64,000 nt of DNA, taken from the IMG/VR virus record IMGVR_UViG_3300019874_000002, positions 32,001 through 96,000 of that record; one strand, 5' to 3'. A program made the position numbers and the translations under genes. How positions within the stretch are numbered: the first letter of the stretch is position 1; every line of letters begins with the position of its first letter. Positions 9,265 to 17,895 of this stretch are shown here, piece by piece. The notes below the pieces were generated by a model, which made no database searches, had not been told where the DNA came from, and saw only the letters and a program-made list of their open reading frames with translations. The stretch is from a virus. Its lineage: Duplodnaviria > Caudoviricetes.

Positions 9265-9470
9265 ACAATCTCCTTGTTCGGACCAGTCATGCTAATTGAC
9301 GATCCGATGCTCGGCGCACAAGCAATCATTATTGAATGCAAAAATCGCCGATTACCCTCCGATGAACCTAGGCTTTTCACGTATTCGCAGATGTCAGAAT
9401 CTTCGACTACCCCATAAAAAGTCAAAAGAACCTCCCCAACCGCATCGCTCACGACTTTGATATGCTTCAT
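9261..9470 (-). CDS. Hypothetical protein
   Basis: 69 aa, coupled. Confidence 0.5.
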   Translation of the reverse strand: MKHIKVVSDAVGEVLLTFYGVVEDSDICEYVKSLGSSEGNRRFLHSIMIACAPSIGSSISMTGPNKEIV

Positions 9471-9679
9471 ACGATCACCTTTAGCTGATTGTTTGCCTCA
9501 GTCGCACCACAGCAGCAATCACTGTCAAGACCACGCGTCGTAGGGCAGCCCCAATGGTGCTGAATATGAACGCGCTTGCCCCACCGCTTGACCCACGCGA
9601 CACGCAATTGCGTTTTGGTCTTGCCTCCCAAAGCTCGCCGCTGCGCCGCCTGGAGACGTCTTTCAGACGCGTTTTTCAC
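9467..9679 (-). CDS. Hypothetical protein
   Basis: 70 aa, coupled. Confidence 0.5.
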   Translation of the reverse strand: MKNASERRLQAAQRRALGGKTKTQLRVAWVKRWGKRVHIQHHWGCPTTRGLDSDCCCGATEANNQLKVIV

Positions 9680-9966
9680 GTTCGCACCATCCTGTTTGAA
9701 AATGACGCGTATCCCTCACCATCAACATCGATCATTCCGTAGACCGAGCCGTACGCACCGTCAGTCATCTTTGCGACCGCAACGGTACCGTGAACCTCCA
9801 CCAAGATACCGTCCTCCGTGCGACGGTCGCACATGAGAATCAATGACGCCTGCGAGATAGCGTGGTCAGCATCCTGCGCCAGTAGGAAAAATCGAGGAAC
9901 GCCGACAGACGTGCTTCCGGTTATTCGATTTGTCACGATTTGCGCGACTATTTGCCATAGTTTCAT
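9676..9966 (-). CDS. Hypothetical protein
   Basis: 96 aa, AAAGGA RBS. Confidence 0.6.
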   Translation of the reverse strand: MKLWQIVAQIVTNRITGSTSVGVPRFFLLAQDADHAISQASLILMCDRRTEDGILVEVHGTVAVAKMTDGAYGSVYGMIDVDGEGYASFSNRMVRT

Positions 9967-9984
9967 ACGCCGTATCCTTTCGCA

Positions 9985-10191
9985 TTAGCCGTTCTGGCTA
10001 ACACATTTGCAAACGTAAACGTGAACCACATAGCCTTCGGCTTTGGCATCATCGAGCGCTTTTTGCGCAATCTTGTGAGCGAGGGGAGAGTTTGAGTGCC
10101 ATTCGATCTCTCCATCGATAATCGTGAGCCAACCCATCTTATTCGCAGATCGTGTAAACCTCAGCGCATATGCTGACACATCATCGCTCAT
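9985..10191 (-). CDS. Hypothetical protein
   Basis: Probable start MSDDV at 10191 (TAATG overlap). Confidence 0.55.
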   Translation of the reverse strand: MSDDVSAYALRFTRSANKMGWLTIIDGEIEWHSNSPLAHKIAQKALDDAKAEGYVVHVYVCKCVSQNG

Positions 10192-10595
10192 TAGAAACCA
10201 CACCTTTCCGCAGATCGGCTAGCCATATTGTTTCGCCACACCACAGATGCTTCCACCATGAACCACGCTGTGGATAGCACTGAGACAGCAACTTCCGGCA
10301 GGTGATTATATTCTGGAATCCACGGGATATCATTGATATGAGGAATTCCCCACGCAACAGCAGATCCCATCACAGAGGATCCAACCATCATGACATTCGA
10401 TGGGTTCCTAGAATGAATTAGAAAATTACCTTCGTAAGTGAGCGGATCGTGCCGCAATGCGCTGATGGTTTGAGAGGTGTCGCAAGCAAATGCGACCGTT
10501 GACATCGCAGCTAGCGTGTGCTGATAGACACGATGTTGATGTGGCGTGCAGGCAGACGCGACAGCAAGCACAACAAGAAACATAAATTTCACCAT
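10191..10595 (-). CDS. Predicted lipoprotein/membrane protein (paralog A)
   Basis: Signal peptide with lipobox-like ASA-C; D.SQT..AL..DP...EGN motif; hydrophobic helices. Confidence 0.65.
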   Translation of the reverse strand: MVKFMFLVVLAVASACTPHQHRVYQHTLAAMSTVAFACDTSQTISALRHDPLTYEGNFLIHSRNPSNVMMVGSSVMGSAVAWGIPHINDIPWIPEYNHLPEVAVSVLSTAWFMVEASVVWRNNMASRSAERCGF

Positions 10596-10613
10596 AACAC
10601 TCTCTCACTTTCT

Positions 10614-10652
10614 TCGCTGATATCAGCGACTAAAACAGCGATGATCTCGCTG
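10614..10652. promoter_or_regulatory. Perfect 16-bp palindrome plus a second inverted repeat (operator-like)
   Basis: TCGCTGATATCAGCGA at 10614-10629 and CAGCGA-tgatc-TCGCTG at about 10636-10652, both intergenic. Confidence 0.5.
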
Positions 10653-10670
10653 GTCCAAGCACTCTAGCAG

Positions 10671-11165
10671 CTACTCGTAACGCGGTGTCGGTCGCGCGGA
10701 CCGTTCGCCAGGTTCAAGCTCGTAGACAAACGCATAATCATCACCACGAGGCGCACAGCTGTATCTGTGGCCTGTATTCGGCGAACCGTAGACCGAGATG
10801 AGATGAGCACGAGCGCTCGCCACGCGAACACGCGTAGGCTCGTCAAGCACGCGAGGATTACCGACCGGAACCCACATCATGTGCGCCTTGGTTTCTTCAT
10901 CAATCCACTCTCCACACTCAACCTCATTAAGCCCTTCCACGCTTTGAGCCTCGTAATCCTGTTCCGCATGGAATGGAAACGCGGCACCGGTGAAATTGTA
11001 AACGTCGTACCACCATCCGCCTTCCTCGCGTCCACCAAAGTGACGAGTCACCTCGTAGACGCTCAGGAAGCACGTTATGCGCTGCGTACGCTCGCCTAGA
11101 GTCAAATTAGAAACGAATCCCTTGGACGCTTGCACAGCCTCGTGAGGCTGAATATTTTCGTTCAT
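10671..11165 (-). CDS. Hypothetical phage protein
   Basis: SVYEVTRHFGGREEGGWWYD ... RPTPRYE motif. Confidence 0.7.
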   Translation of the reverse strand: MNENIQPHEAVQASKGFVSNLTLGERTQRITCFLSVYEVTRHFGGREEGGWWYDVYNFTGAAFPFHAEQDYEAQSVEGLNEVECGEWIDEETKAHMMWVPVGNPRVLDEPTRVRVASARAHLISVYGSPNTGHRYSCAPRGDDYAFVYELEPGERSARPTPRYE

Positions 11166-11413
11166 TACGCGGACTCCTTCGCGCTCGGAAACACAACTTC
11201 GCCGCTTGCGTCAAATTCCAATCCACACGCGCTGACAAAATCGGTGATTCGAAACCTTGGGTTGTCACTGCAAGCTACTGAGATGAAGCTTCGCACCACT
11301 TCTAGAATACCGGTCCGTACGTTTTGCACATACGAATCGTTCGGCCTGGCTTCGAAACGCCCTACCGACCTCTGAACAGCCTTGGCGATCACGATGTAAT
11401 CTTTCTTCGTCAT
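11165..11413 (-). CDS. Hypothetical phage protein
   Basis: MTKKDYIVIAKAV...DNPRF...FVSACG; start at 11413 after AGGAG. Confidence 0.7.
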   Translation of the reverse strand: MTKKDYIVIAKAVQRSVGRFEARPNDSYVQNVRTGILEVVRSFISVACSDNPRFRITDFVSACGLEFDASGEVVFPSAKESA

Positions 11414-11433
11414 TTGCCTCTCACTCCTTCGCG

Positions 11434-11494
11434 TTTGATTTAACGCGCCAAAACGACGATACAAATCGTCGCCTTGACAAGCAAATCAGCGTCG
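11434..11494 (-). repeat. 61-bp direct repeat, copy 1 (promoter-like, with palindrome)
   Basis: Identical to 11918-11978; minus strand TTGCTT-17 nt-TATCGT overlapping CGACGAT-N4-ATCGTCG. Confidence 0.85.
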
Positions 11495-11504
11495 CATCCG
11501 TCGT

Positions 11505-11900
11505 TTACCATTGCCTCCACGTGTCGAGACCGATTTGCTGTGTGTTATGAGCGACCACGAGGAATTCAAAGAAGACAGGAATAGACACCAGAACGTCTTT
11601 TAGCCATTCGCTACCAGGTTGATAACCAGGCAACGCATCGACGGCTTGGTGCACGCCAATGAACAATCCAGAGCCAATGGTAACGCCAGTCGCCAAGCGC
11701 AAGTTTGATGGGTTGGTCCCATACATCGGGTTGCTCTCCATAGCAGTTGGGTCATTGTGGAGTGCCCACATCGTTTGCCTAACGTCAACCTGCAGTGCGG
11801 TAATGCCAGCCATCGTGATGCCGGCTCGATAAGCCTTGTGCATGCGAGCAGTGCAGGAAACGCAAAACAGAAGCGCGACGACAGCCATAATTTTCAACAT
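11505..11900 (-). CDS. Predicted lipoprotein/membrane protein (paralog B)
   Basis: Start at 11900 after AGGAG; lipobox-like CVS-C; DVRQTMWALHNDPTAMESNP. Confidence 0.65.
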   Translation of the reverse strand: MLKIMAVVALLFCVSCTARMHKAYRAGITMAGITALQVDVRQTMWALHNDPTAMESNPMYGTNPSNLRLATGVTIGSGLFIGVHQAVDALPGYQPGSEWLKDVLVSIPVFFEFLVVAHNTQQIGLDTWRQW

Positions 11901-11917
11901 TTTCAATCTCCTAACGT

Positions 11918-11978
11918 TTTGATTTAACGCGCCAAAACGACGATACAAATCGTCGCCTTGACAAGCAAATCAGCGTCG
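11918..11978 (-). repeat. 61-bp direct repeat, copy 2
   Basis: Identical to 11434-11494. Confidence 0.85.
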
Positions 11979-13466
11979 AATGACGTGCGTACCTTCCTCA
12001 TCATCTCGGTCAAACGAATCACCAGTGATGAGATTCATTTTGGTTGTTAACCTCTCAGAGACAGATCCAGAGACAGACCCCTTCATCTGAAAGCGCACCA
12101 CACGCTCCCAATAATCCTCAATTGACGCCACGTGATTTTTACTACCGTCATACCCACAATCATGAGAAAATTCGTGAATGAGCGTGCCGAGCATCGTGGC
12201 GACGTCATTAAGCTGATGCCTCGCAATTTGAATCGTAGCGTCCGCATCTTCGTAACCGCGACCGGTGTATAGACCATTCAACGTCTTCACTTTGAAATCA
12301 ACAACGCTAATCCGCCTACCGAGTCGCGTGCACGCTTCCTCTTCTGATTCGGTCTGCACAGTGTCCTTAGCAATGCGGCCCCACAGCGCGACCCACAGCA
12401 GCTTCCACGCTTGCGCGTACACTGCAATCTCCTCGCACGTCAACTCATTGACGCTGTAGACCTTCTCAACAGCCTTCTGAAACCGCTCTTTCACCCTATC
12501 CACAGTGCCGACCGTCGAACCAATCAAATCGCGAAGCTGCTTTGGAACCACGATGCCTTTACATCCGTAGTGCTCAACCTCAGCGCTCTCTTGCGTGCTG
12601 AGAACAGGCACAGCGTTATCACCGTGACGTCTCAACCAACGTGCAGCTACCTTTTTCACTGTCTCGATGTCATTATTCCAATAATCGGTTGCCACAACGT
12701 CATTTGGTGCGTCAAAGCTGCACGTCATGTCGAAGTAGGCATCGAACAGGTCGGGTCGCGTAACAGCTGCTTCACTCCAAACGCGAGCCGTACTTGTAGT
12801 CAAATCCGTATGGTTGACCATCTTCCGGTCGCGGTCTAGCTCAATGTTCGGCAAGTCGTAACCGTAGGTCATCTTCACATCGTTCATAACGAAGATGCCT
12901 TTGCTGTACACTTTGCCTGCGTATTTCTTGTGCAGAAGCAGCGAGCCTTTCTCAGTCTTGACCGTTTCCTTATCGCTTTCACGCTTGTCTTTGAGGAACA
13001 GGAAACGCGAACGGAAAATGTTCCATTCGGACTCGATGACGCCTCCGATTTCGACGCGTACGCGCTTCTCCTCTTTTCGGTTCCCCTTGATATCGAACAT
13101 GAGCACTTCTGCGTCGTACTTCTCGCTACGCGCAATCGTAGGGTCCCACACCTCAGAACCACTGCGGATAGTGACCGGTCGTCCTGCGCGCACCAGCGCA
13201 AGAACACCGAGCTTTAGTCCTTCGCCAAACTTGCCGATAAGATCGGCGCGTCCTCCCTTGCGCGTGGTGCCAAAGAGCAATGCCTCGCGATTCATCACTG
13301 CGCCTTCATTCTCGATTCGCAGCGTTCCGTTCTTCCAATCGACCGTAAGCGGCGCATTGAATTCTACCTCAGCGTCCTTACCGTTTTGAATCAACTCGCG
13401 GACACCTTCCCAAACGCCCCACTCAGGAAGATACTTGACATTGATGCTCAGTTCAAATTTCGACAT
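11970..13466 (-). CDS. GHKL (HATPase_c-like) ATPase with C-terminal HExxH motif
   Basis: VRELIQNGKDA N-box, IGKFGEGLK G-box, C-terminal LIHEFSH. Confidence 0.75.
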   Translation of the reverse strand: MSKFELSINVKYLPEWGVWEGVRELIQNGKDAEVEFNAPLTVDWKNGTLRIENEGAVMNREALLFGTTRKGGRADLIGKFGEGLKLGVLALVRAGRPVTIRSGSEVWDPTIARSEKYDAEVLMFDIKGNRKEEKRVRVEIGGVIESEWNIFRSRFLFLKDKRESDKETVKTEKGSLLLHKKYAGKVYSKGIFVMNDVKMTYGYDLPNIELDRDRKMVNHTDLTTSTARVWSEAAVTRPDLFDAYFDMTCSFDAPNDVVATDYWNNDIETVKKVAARWLRRHGDNAVPVLSTQESAEVEHYGCKGIVVPKQLRDLIGSTVGTVDRVKERFQKAVEKVYSVNELTCEEIAVYAQAWKLLWVALWGRIAKDTVQTESEEEACTRLGRRISVVDFKVKTLNGLYTGRGYEDADATIQIARHQLNDVATMLGTLIHEFSHDCGYDGSKNHVASIEDYWERVVRFQMKGSVSGSVSERLTTKMNLITGDSFDRDDEEGTHVIRR

Positions 13467-13496
13467 TTCTTCTCCTTCGACTGATTTAGCGAGCGC

Positions 13497-13781
13497 TCAA
13501 GGTGCTTGTAACGATTTTGCGGTACCGCCGTCTGGTCGCGCGGTGTCTATGCTTCGGATAAAGCGCAAAATCATCGCGTCGATGGTGTCATCTGGAACAA
13601 GGGGTCCGTCTGCGACGAAAGATAAAACTCCATTCAGAATTGCAATACGGCACCAATCAAGCCGCTCCATCGCCCAACCTTCGTGAGACAGCGCGGCAGT
13701 ACAAAGATGCACAAATTGCGCCTCATTGTGCTTCATGGCGAAATTGCGAAGATGCTCGATATTTCGAATTTCAATGCTCAT
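13497..13781 (-). CDS. Hypothetical protein
   Basis: 94 aa, GAAGGA RBS. Confidence 0.6.
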   Translation of the reverse strand: MSIEIRNIEHLRNFAMKHNEAQFVHLCTAALSHEGWAMERLDWCRIAILNGVLSFVADGPLVPDDTIDAMILRFIRSIDTARPDGGTAKSLQAP

Positions 13782-14013
13782 TTATATTTCCTTCGTGCGC
13801 GTCGTAACCTTCGGTGTACGCAAGAGCAACTGCTCTGAGATGGGACTCGTCCCATTCGTCCGGAAGATCTCCAGGACCGTCGTAGCGAACACCAGACCGA
13901 GTGATTTGAAACGCGGTATGCTTACCCCTGCGCGCATCGTCCTTACCTCGCTGGACCCAGTAGCGATGCTCTTGTTCGTGTGAGTCCAAACCGCCTTCGA
14001 TTTTTGCTTCCAT
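13771..14013 (-). CDS. Hypothetical protein
   Basis: 80 aa. Confidence 0.6.
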   Translation of the reverse strand: MEAKIEGGLDSHEQEHRYWVQRGKDDARRGKHTAFQITRSGVRYDGPGDLPDEWDESHLRAVALAYTEGYDAHEGNINEH

Positions 14014-14084
14014 GCTCTACCTTCGGTTCAGAAATCAGCGAACAGGAAAACTTTTTTCACCAATAAAAATGCAAACTTACAAGG

Positions 14085-14141
14085 ACGAACCTCGGAAGTT
14101 TGCTGGAAACGCGATTTCCAGTGCTGATTTCCAAGGTTCGT
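14085..14141 (-). terminator. Long imperfect hairpin directly after the primase stop (terminator or processing site)
   Basis: Outer stem ACGAACCT/AGGTTCGT extends to 13 bp with one G-U pair; inner stem CTGGAAA/TTTCCAG; T-rich tract downstream. Confidence 0.5.
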
Positions 14142-15202
14142 TAGGTAGCGCTCATCCATGCGCTGGTCCGCGCTACCCACGCGTCGTTTGCGCTGAGGAC
14201 TGGCGTAGCTTCGATTAGACGACGCAAGCGCGTCACATTTAATCGATCAATGTCGCGTGGAAGCTTGACAGCGCGCACACGAACCACTTGCGCCAGCTTC
14301 TCCGCGAATTTGAGCGATTTCTCGTAACCACCCTTGCCAATCGCGTGGCCCTTATCGCGGTCCCACATCAAAACCACTTCTTCTGCATCCGAACGGAGTA
14401 TCAATTCCAATTGAGCAGACGACAAATGCTTCCCAAAGCTGCCAGCGCCCTTGGCGCCGATCTTGATTACAGCCCAAGGGGATTCCACCAGGATTATCAT
14501 TTGCTGGTGTTTTGCTTCGTCCCAATTATAAAGCACCCTGGACATCTTCGCGCCTTTGGCATGCTTCGTCTTGCTCACGCCTTCAGGCGGACGCTTCTGC
14601 ATGTACCTTGCCTGAAAGCCTACGCATCGACGATTGAAGTACGCAGGGGCTATTAAACGATTAGCATATCTACCTTTGAGACAGTACCCAAGTCTGAATC
14701 GCTGCGCGCGCTCGAGCGAAATTCCGCGCTCTGCAACGTACGGTGGATAATAACCTTCACCAATTGAAATAAATCCATCTGGGAGATTAATCTCTGGGAT
14801 CGGCTCATCTGCTTTATCATCGTCTGACTCAGCGAGCGCTGCAAATGCCTGTTCCAGAGCGCCGATAAAATCAGCGTCTGCCGACGTACCGCCGTCCGCC
14901 AACCGTTTAATTGCGTCGGTGAATTCCAGGTCTTCCATCCACTCAATCAAAGACAAACACGTACGCCCAGATCCTAAACCGTCATCCTGATCGATACAAT
15001 AATAGCAAATCCAAGAACCTCTCTTTACCAGCTCTCCTTGAATATCTCGCTTATCTTCTGTGAGAATGTACAGCGTTGGGTGCTTCCAATTGCACTGTGG
15101 ACACGTCATCACGAAGTTATTCCCGGACATCACGCCGTCAAACTGATCAAGGTACCGCGCGAGGTCAAACCTTTTCTCTAGCCTTTTTAGCTGAAGATTC
15201 AT
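14141..15202 (-). CDS. DNA primase (Zn finger + TOPRIM)
   Basis: CPQC...CYYC Zn finger, RLGYC...RLIAP, LVESPW and MWDRD TOPRIM motifs. Confidence 0.85.
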   Translation of the reverse strand: MNLQLKRLEKRFDLARYLDQFDGVMSGNNFVMTCPQCNWKHPTLYILTEDKRDIQGELVKRGSWICYYCIDQDDGLGSGRTCLSLIEWMEDLEFTDAIKRLADGGTSADADFIGALEQAFAALAESDDDKADEPIPEINLPDGFISIGEGYYPPYVAERGISLERAQRFRLGYCLKGRYANRLIAPAYFNRRCVGFQARYMQKRPPEGVSKTKHAKGAKMSRVLYNWDEAKHQQMIILVESPWAVIKIGAKGAGSFGKHLSSAQLELILRSDAEEVVLMWDRDKGHAIGKGGYEKSLKFAEKLAQVVRVRAVKLPRDIDRLNVTRLRRLIEATPVLSANDAWVARTSAWMSAT

Positions 15203-15423
15203 CGCGGTTTATTCGGACAAGTCATTGGAACAAATTCAATCTCTGCGCAATCCAATGTTGTTGTGTACACTGATATTGGTGTTTGCATTATACGATTTTT
15301 CAGCTCCTTCATCATTTCGTCAGATGGTGCCTTACCCACCACAGTATATACTGGTCTACACAACTCACAAACATGAGATTGTGACAACACTCTACGTTTC
15401 CAAATTTTGGAAAGCACAATCAC
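15199..15423 (-). CDS. Small protein, LSKIWKRR family
   Basis: 74 aa, GTGA-coupled. Confidence 0.55.
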   Translation of the reverse strand: MIVLSKIWKRRVLSQSHVCELCRPVYTVVGKAPSDEMMKELKNRIMQTPISVYTTTLDCAEIEFVPMTCPNKPR

Positions 15424-15569
15424 ACTATTTTAACATTATTAATTAACACCGTCTGTACTCCACACTTCAAGATGATGGTACTCTGAGGCATCGAATGGTT
15501 ATAAACAATGGTAATATAATTCAAAAAATTCAAAACAGCGCGACGTTTCCATACTTTTGATAATGCCAT
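15420..15569 (-). CDS. Small protein, LSKVWKRR family (not in the supplied ORF track)
   Basis: 49 aa, MALSKVWKRRAVLNFLNY...NNVKIV; abuts the upstream TAA and overlaps the downstream GTG. Confidence 0.55.
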   Translation of the reverse strand: MALSKVWKRRAVLNFLNYITIVYNHSMPQSTIILKCGVQTVLINNVKIV

Positions 15570-15755
15570 TTAATCATCATCCTCCGTTACGACAAAATCA
15601 TCCTCCGTTACGACAAAATTCGCATTCCGAACTTCAGTGCCTCCGATCATAAATACCGCACGGTTGCCGGTTAAAACTACAGTTTTCCGATTATCTTTTA
15701 CCACATCAGCAGCTCTGTGCATAAAGCGACGATTCCACAATGCTGCTAACGTCAT
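15570..15755 (-). CDS. Small protein, LAALWNRR family
   Basis: 61 aa, ATGA-coupled to the DnaB-like gene. Confidence 0.55.
   Translation of the reverse strand: MTLAALWNRRFMHRAADVVKDNRKTVVLTGNRAVFMIGGTEVRNANFVVTEDDFVVTEDDD
15576..15617. repeat. 21-bp tandem duplication
   Basis: atcatcctccgttacgacaaa x2, encoding FVVTEDD twice. Confidence 0.9.
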
Positions 15756-17107
15756 CGATTCACAATTGATACGCGTTCATAATCAACTCTGATTTTGAAT
15801 TCCATACGCGCTTTACCTCCTCTGACCTTCATTGAATACATTCTAGCTACGCGTTTCAATTCTTCTTCTGGCGTCATGCAGATCGCCAATAACAAATCAC
15901 ACGTCATAGCTGGCTTAAAACTCTCAGCTAGATCTTTCATTGTCAAGACCTTTTTCCCCATCGATTCTCGATTTCCCTGAAATGCCGTCCAAACCAAAAT
16001 TTTCAAACGCTGCGCCATTGACCGTAACTCCGTCACGATGGTCCCAATCTCCTCATACCGGCTATCGTTCTTTCGATTACGACTCTCGCTGACGTCCGAC
16101 GCCTTCAGTAGTCCTGCATAATCAACCACAACAACGTCAGGGTAGAACCCTTTGCGCTCAAGCGATTTAATATACAGCTCAATCTGTAAAACAGTTGTTA
16201 TTCCTTGAGGAAATTCCTTAACGACAATCCGCTCGCCTGGGAATCGCACACCCATCCGTCGCCAAAACTTACGAATCTTCCTAGCGTTGCTCGGCTCCTC
16301 GACTGTGTTTATGCTAATCCCGGTAAAGGCACTATCCAATCGGTCTTGGATCGTATCGTCAGACTCCTCCAACGTAACGAACAAAACACATTTCTGAGCA
16401 AGCATTACTGCTTGCTTGGCGATATGACACAACCCTGTCGTCTTGCCCACATTTGGGGGTGCGACAAGACCAGCAATCATCTTTGGTCTCGGTCCTCCAG
16501 CCTTGATATGCTGATCAACCTCTAGACCTGTCGCAATACCATCAGCGACCCAATTCTTTCGACGCTTGTACCTCTCTACACGATTCCCCACCATGAAATG
16601 GCCCATACCGCCTTCAGTGGGTGCTTGCACATCTAAAATACGTTGTAGGCTAGCATCGTACGCGTCTACGTCATTATTTTTCATTTGCTCTCTGATGTCG
16701 TTTGAAAATACATCTTTGAGCGTCTGCGTCTTGATAAACCTGAACAGCTCTCTCTTTATAAAGCTGCGATCCTTCACCGGACGTCGCAACTTTGCAATCA
16801 ACGCATTAACCAAGGCTCGATCGCGCTTCCTAACAAGCCTTCCTGAACGATACGCATTGCGTGCTTCAATCCTGATGGCATCGCGCGCGATGCCAGTCAT
16901 GTATTTCTTCGCGTAGCCTATGATTAATCCGGATGCCCACCTGTGGATATGGTTCTCAAAATGGTCAGATGCAAGATGAGGTACCCCAAATTGAATGCAC
17001 CAATCGTCGTCTTGAAACAACGTTCTGACAATGCGCTCTTGAAACGCACTGTCATACGCAAGCTTGACGCGCTCCTTTTTCATTTGACGTTGAGTCTCCA
17101 ACGCCAA
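15752..17107 (-). CDS. Replicative DNA helicase, DnaB-like
   Basis: Walker A APPNVGKT, FVTLEE, VVVDYAGLL, WTAFQGNR, LAESF. Confidence 0.9.
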   Translation of the reverse strand: MALETQRQMKKERVKLAYDSAFQERIVRTLFQDDDWCIQFGVPHLASDHFENHIHRWASGLIIGYAKKYMTGIARDAIRIEARNAYRSGRLVRKRDRALVNALIAKLRRPVKDRSFIKRELFRFIKTQTLKDVFSNDIREQMKNNDVDAYDASLQRILDVQAPTEGGMGHFMVGNRVERYKRRKNWVADGIATGLEVDQHIKAGGPRPKMIAGLVAPPNVGKTTGLCHIAKQAVMLAQKCVLFVTLEESDDTIQDRLDSAFTGISINTVEEPSNARKIRKFWRRMGVRFPGERIVVKEFPQGITTVLQIELYIKSLERKGFYPDVVVVDYAGLLKASDVSESRNRKNDSRYEEIGTIVTELRSMAQRLKILVWTAFQGNRESMGKKVLTMKDLAESFKPAMTCDLLLAICMTPEEELKRVARMYSMKVRGGKARMEFKIRVDYERVSIVNR

Positions 17108-17301
17108 TGCGCAATCGACTGCTCAATCGTTCTACGCACTGGTACGTGCCAGCCCTGATAGTCGATGTAGACTCCGTCTAGTGTGATAATCTGCAATGCA
17201 ACATCGTCATCGCGCATAATCACCACAACGCTTTGACCAAGCTTTGGGTGCACGTTTCTCCAACGGTATTTCTTCGTCACCTCAAGCGCCACAGAGTCCA
17301 C
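17080..17301 (-). CDS. Hypothetical protein
   Basis: 73 aa. Confidence 0.5.
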   Translation of the reverse strand: MDSVALEVTKKYRWRNVHPKLGQSVVVIMRDDDVALQIITLDGVYIDYQGWHVPVRRTIEQSIAHWRWRLNVK

Positions 17302-17671
17302 GCCAGCGCATCATTGCAGCTGTCTCCTCCAATGTTGGATCCCATCTAGATTTAGTTGTGACCCATTGTCTAATGCCATCTGGCATCATCACCAATGTCT
17401 GCCTCAAACCACCATGACTCCAGAAGCTAAAACAATCGTAATGCTGACACCACGAACCACGCTTACACAACTTCTCGACACCATCTCGAAGCACGTCATT
17501 TTCAGTTACGTTATGCAAAATTGCAGTTACACGCAAATGGTCACTCGGCGGACTATCGACTAAACTAATCGGCGTAACCAAACCATGCTCATCTCGAAAC
17601 AATGGCTGATCGATTGGTTGCTTCGGAGGACCATGCTCCCAATTACCTTTTAACCATTCAGAGTAATTCAT
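17282..17671 (-). CDS. Hypothetical protein
   Basis: 129 aa, coupled. Confidence 0.6.
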   Translation of the reverse strand: MNYSEWLKGNWEHGPPKQPIDQPLFRDEHGLVTPISLVDSPPSDHLRVTAILHNVTENDVLRDGVEKLCKRGSWCQHYDCFSFWSHGGLRQTLVMMPDGIRQWVTTKSRWDPTLEETAAMMRWRGLCGA

Positions 17672-17895
17672 TGGTGATAGGTACCCAAACTAATTAAACT
17701 ACCTGCGGAATCAAAAATCAGCACAAATTTCAAGTCATCATAACCTTCATTCACGTGTTTCCCTTCAGAACATTTTCCAGTCCTGCAACACTCATCACCT
17801 GCAACTGAAATCATTGAACCTCTACGGTGAACCTCTACGGTAAAGACAATTTCCGCGCGTTCGAACATTCCGCAAATCGCCTCCTGATCAGTCAT
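17668..17895 (-). CDS. Hypothetical protein
   Basis: 75 aa, coupled. Confidence 0.6.
   Translation of the reverse strand: MTDQEAICGMFERAEIVFTVEVHRRGSMISVAGDECCRTGKCSEGKHVNEGYDDLKFVLIFDSAGSLISLGTYHQ

Noticed and set aside
11414-11948. Two ORFs with the identical N-terminus MYRRFGALNQ
   Set aside because: Artefact of a TTG inside the 61-bp repeat; RBS-supported starts are at 11413 and 11900.
11434-11978. Direct repeats as a CRISPR array or att sites
   Set aside because: Only two exact copies, separated by a whole gene; no cas or integrase gene in the window.
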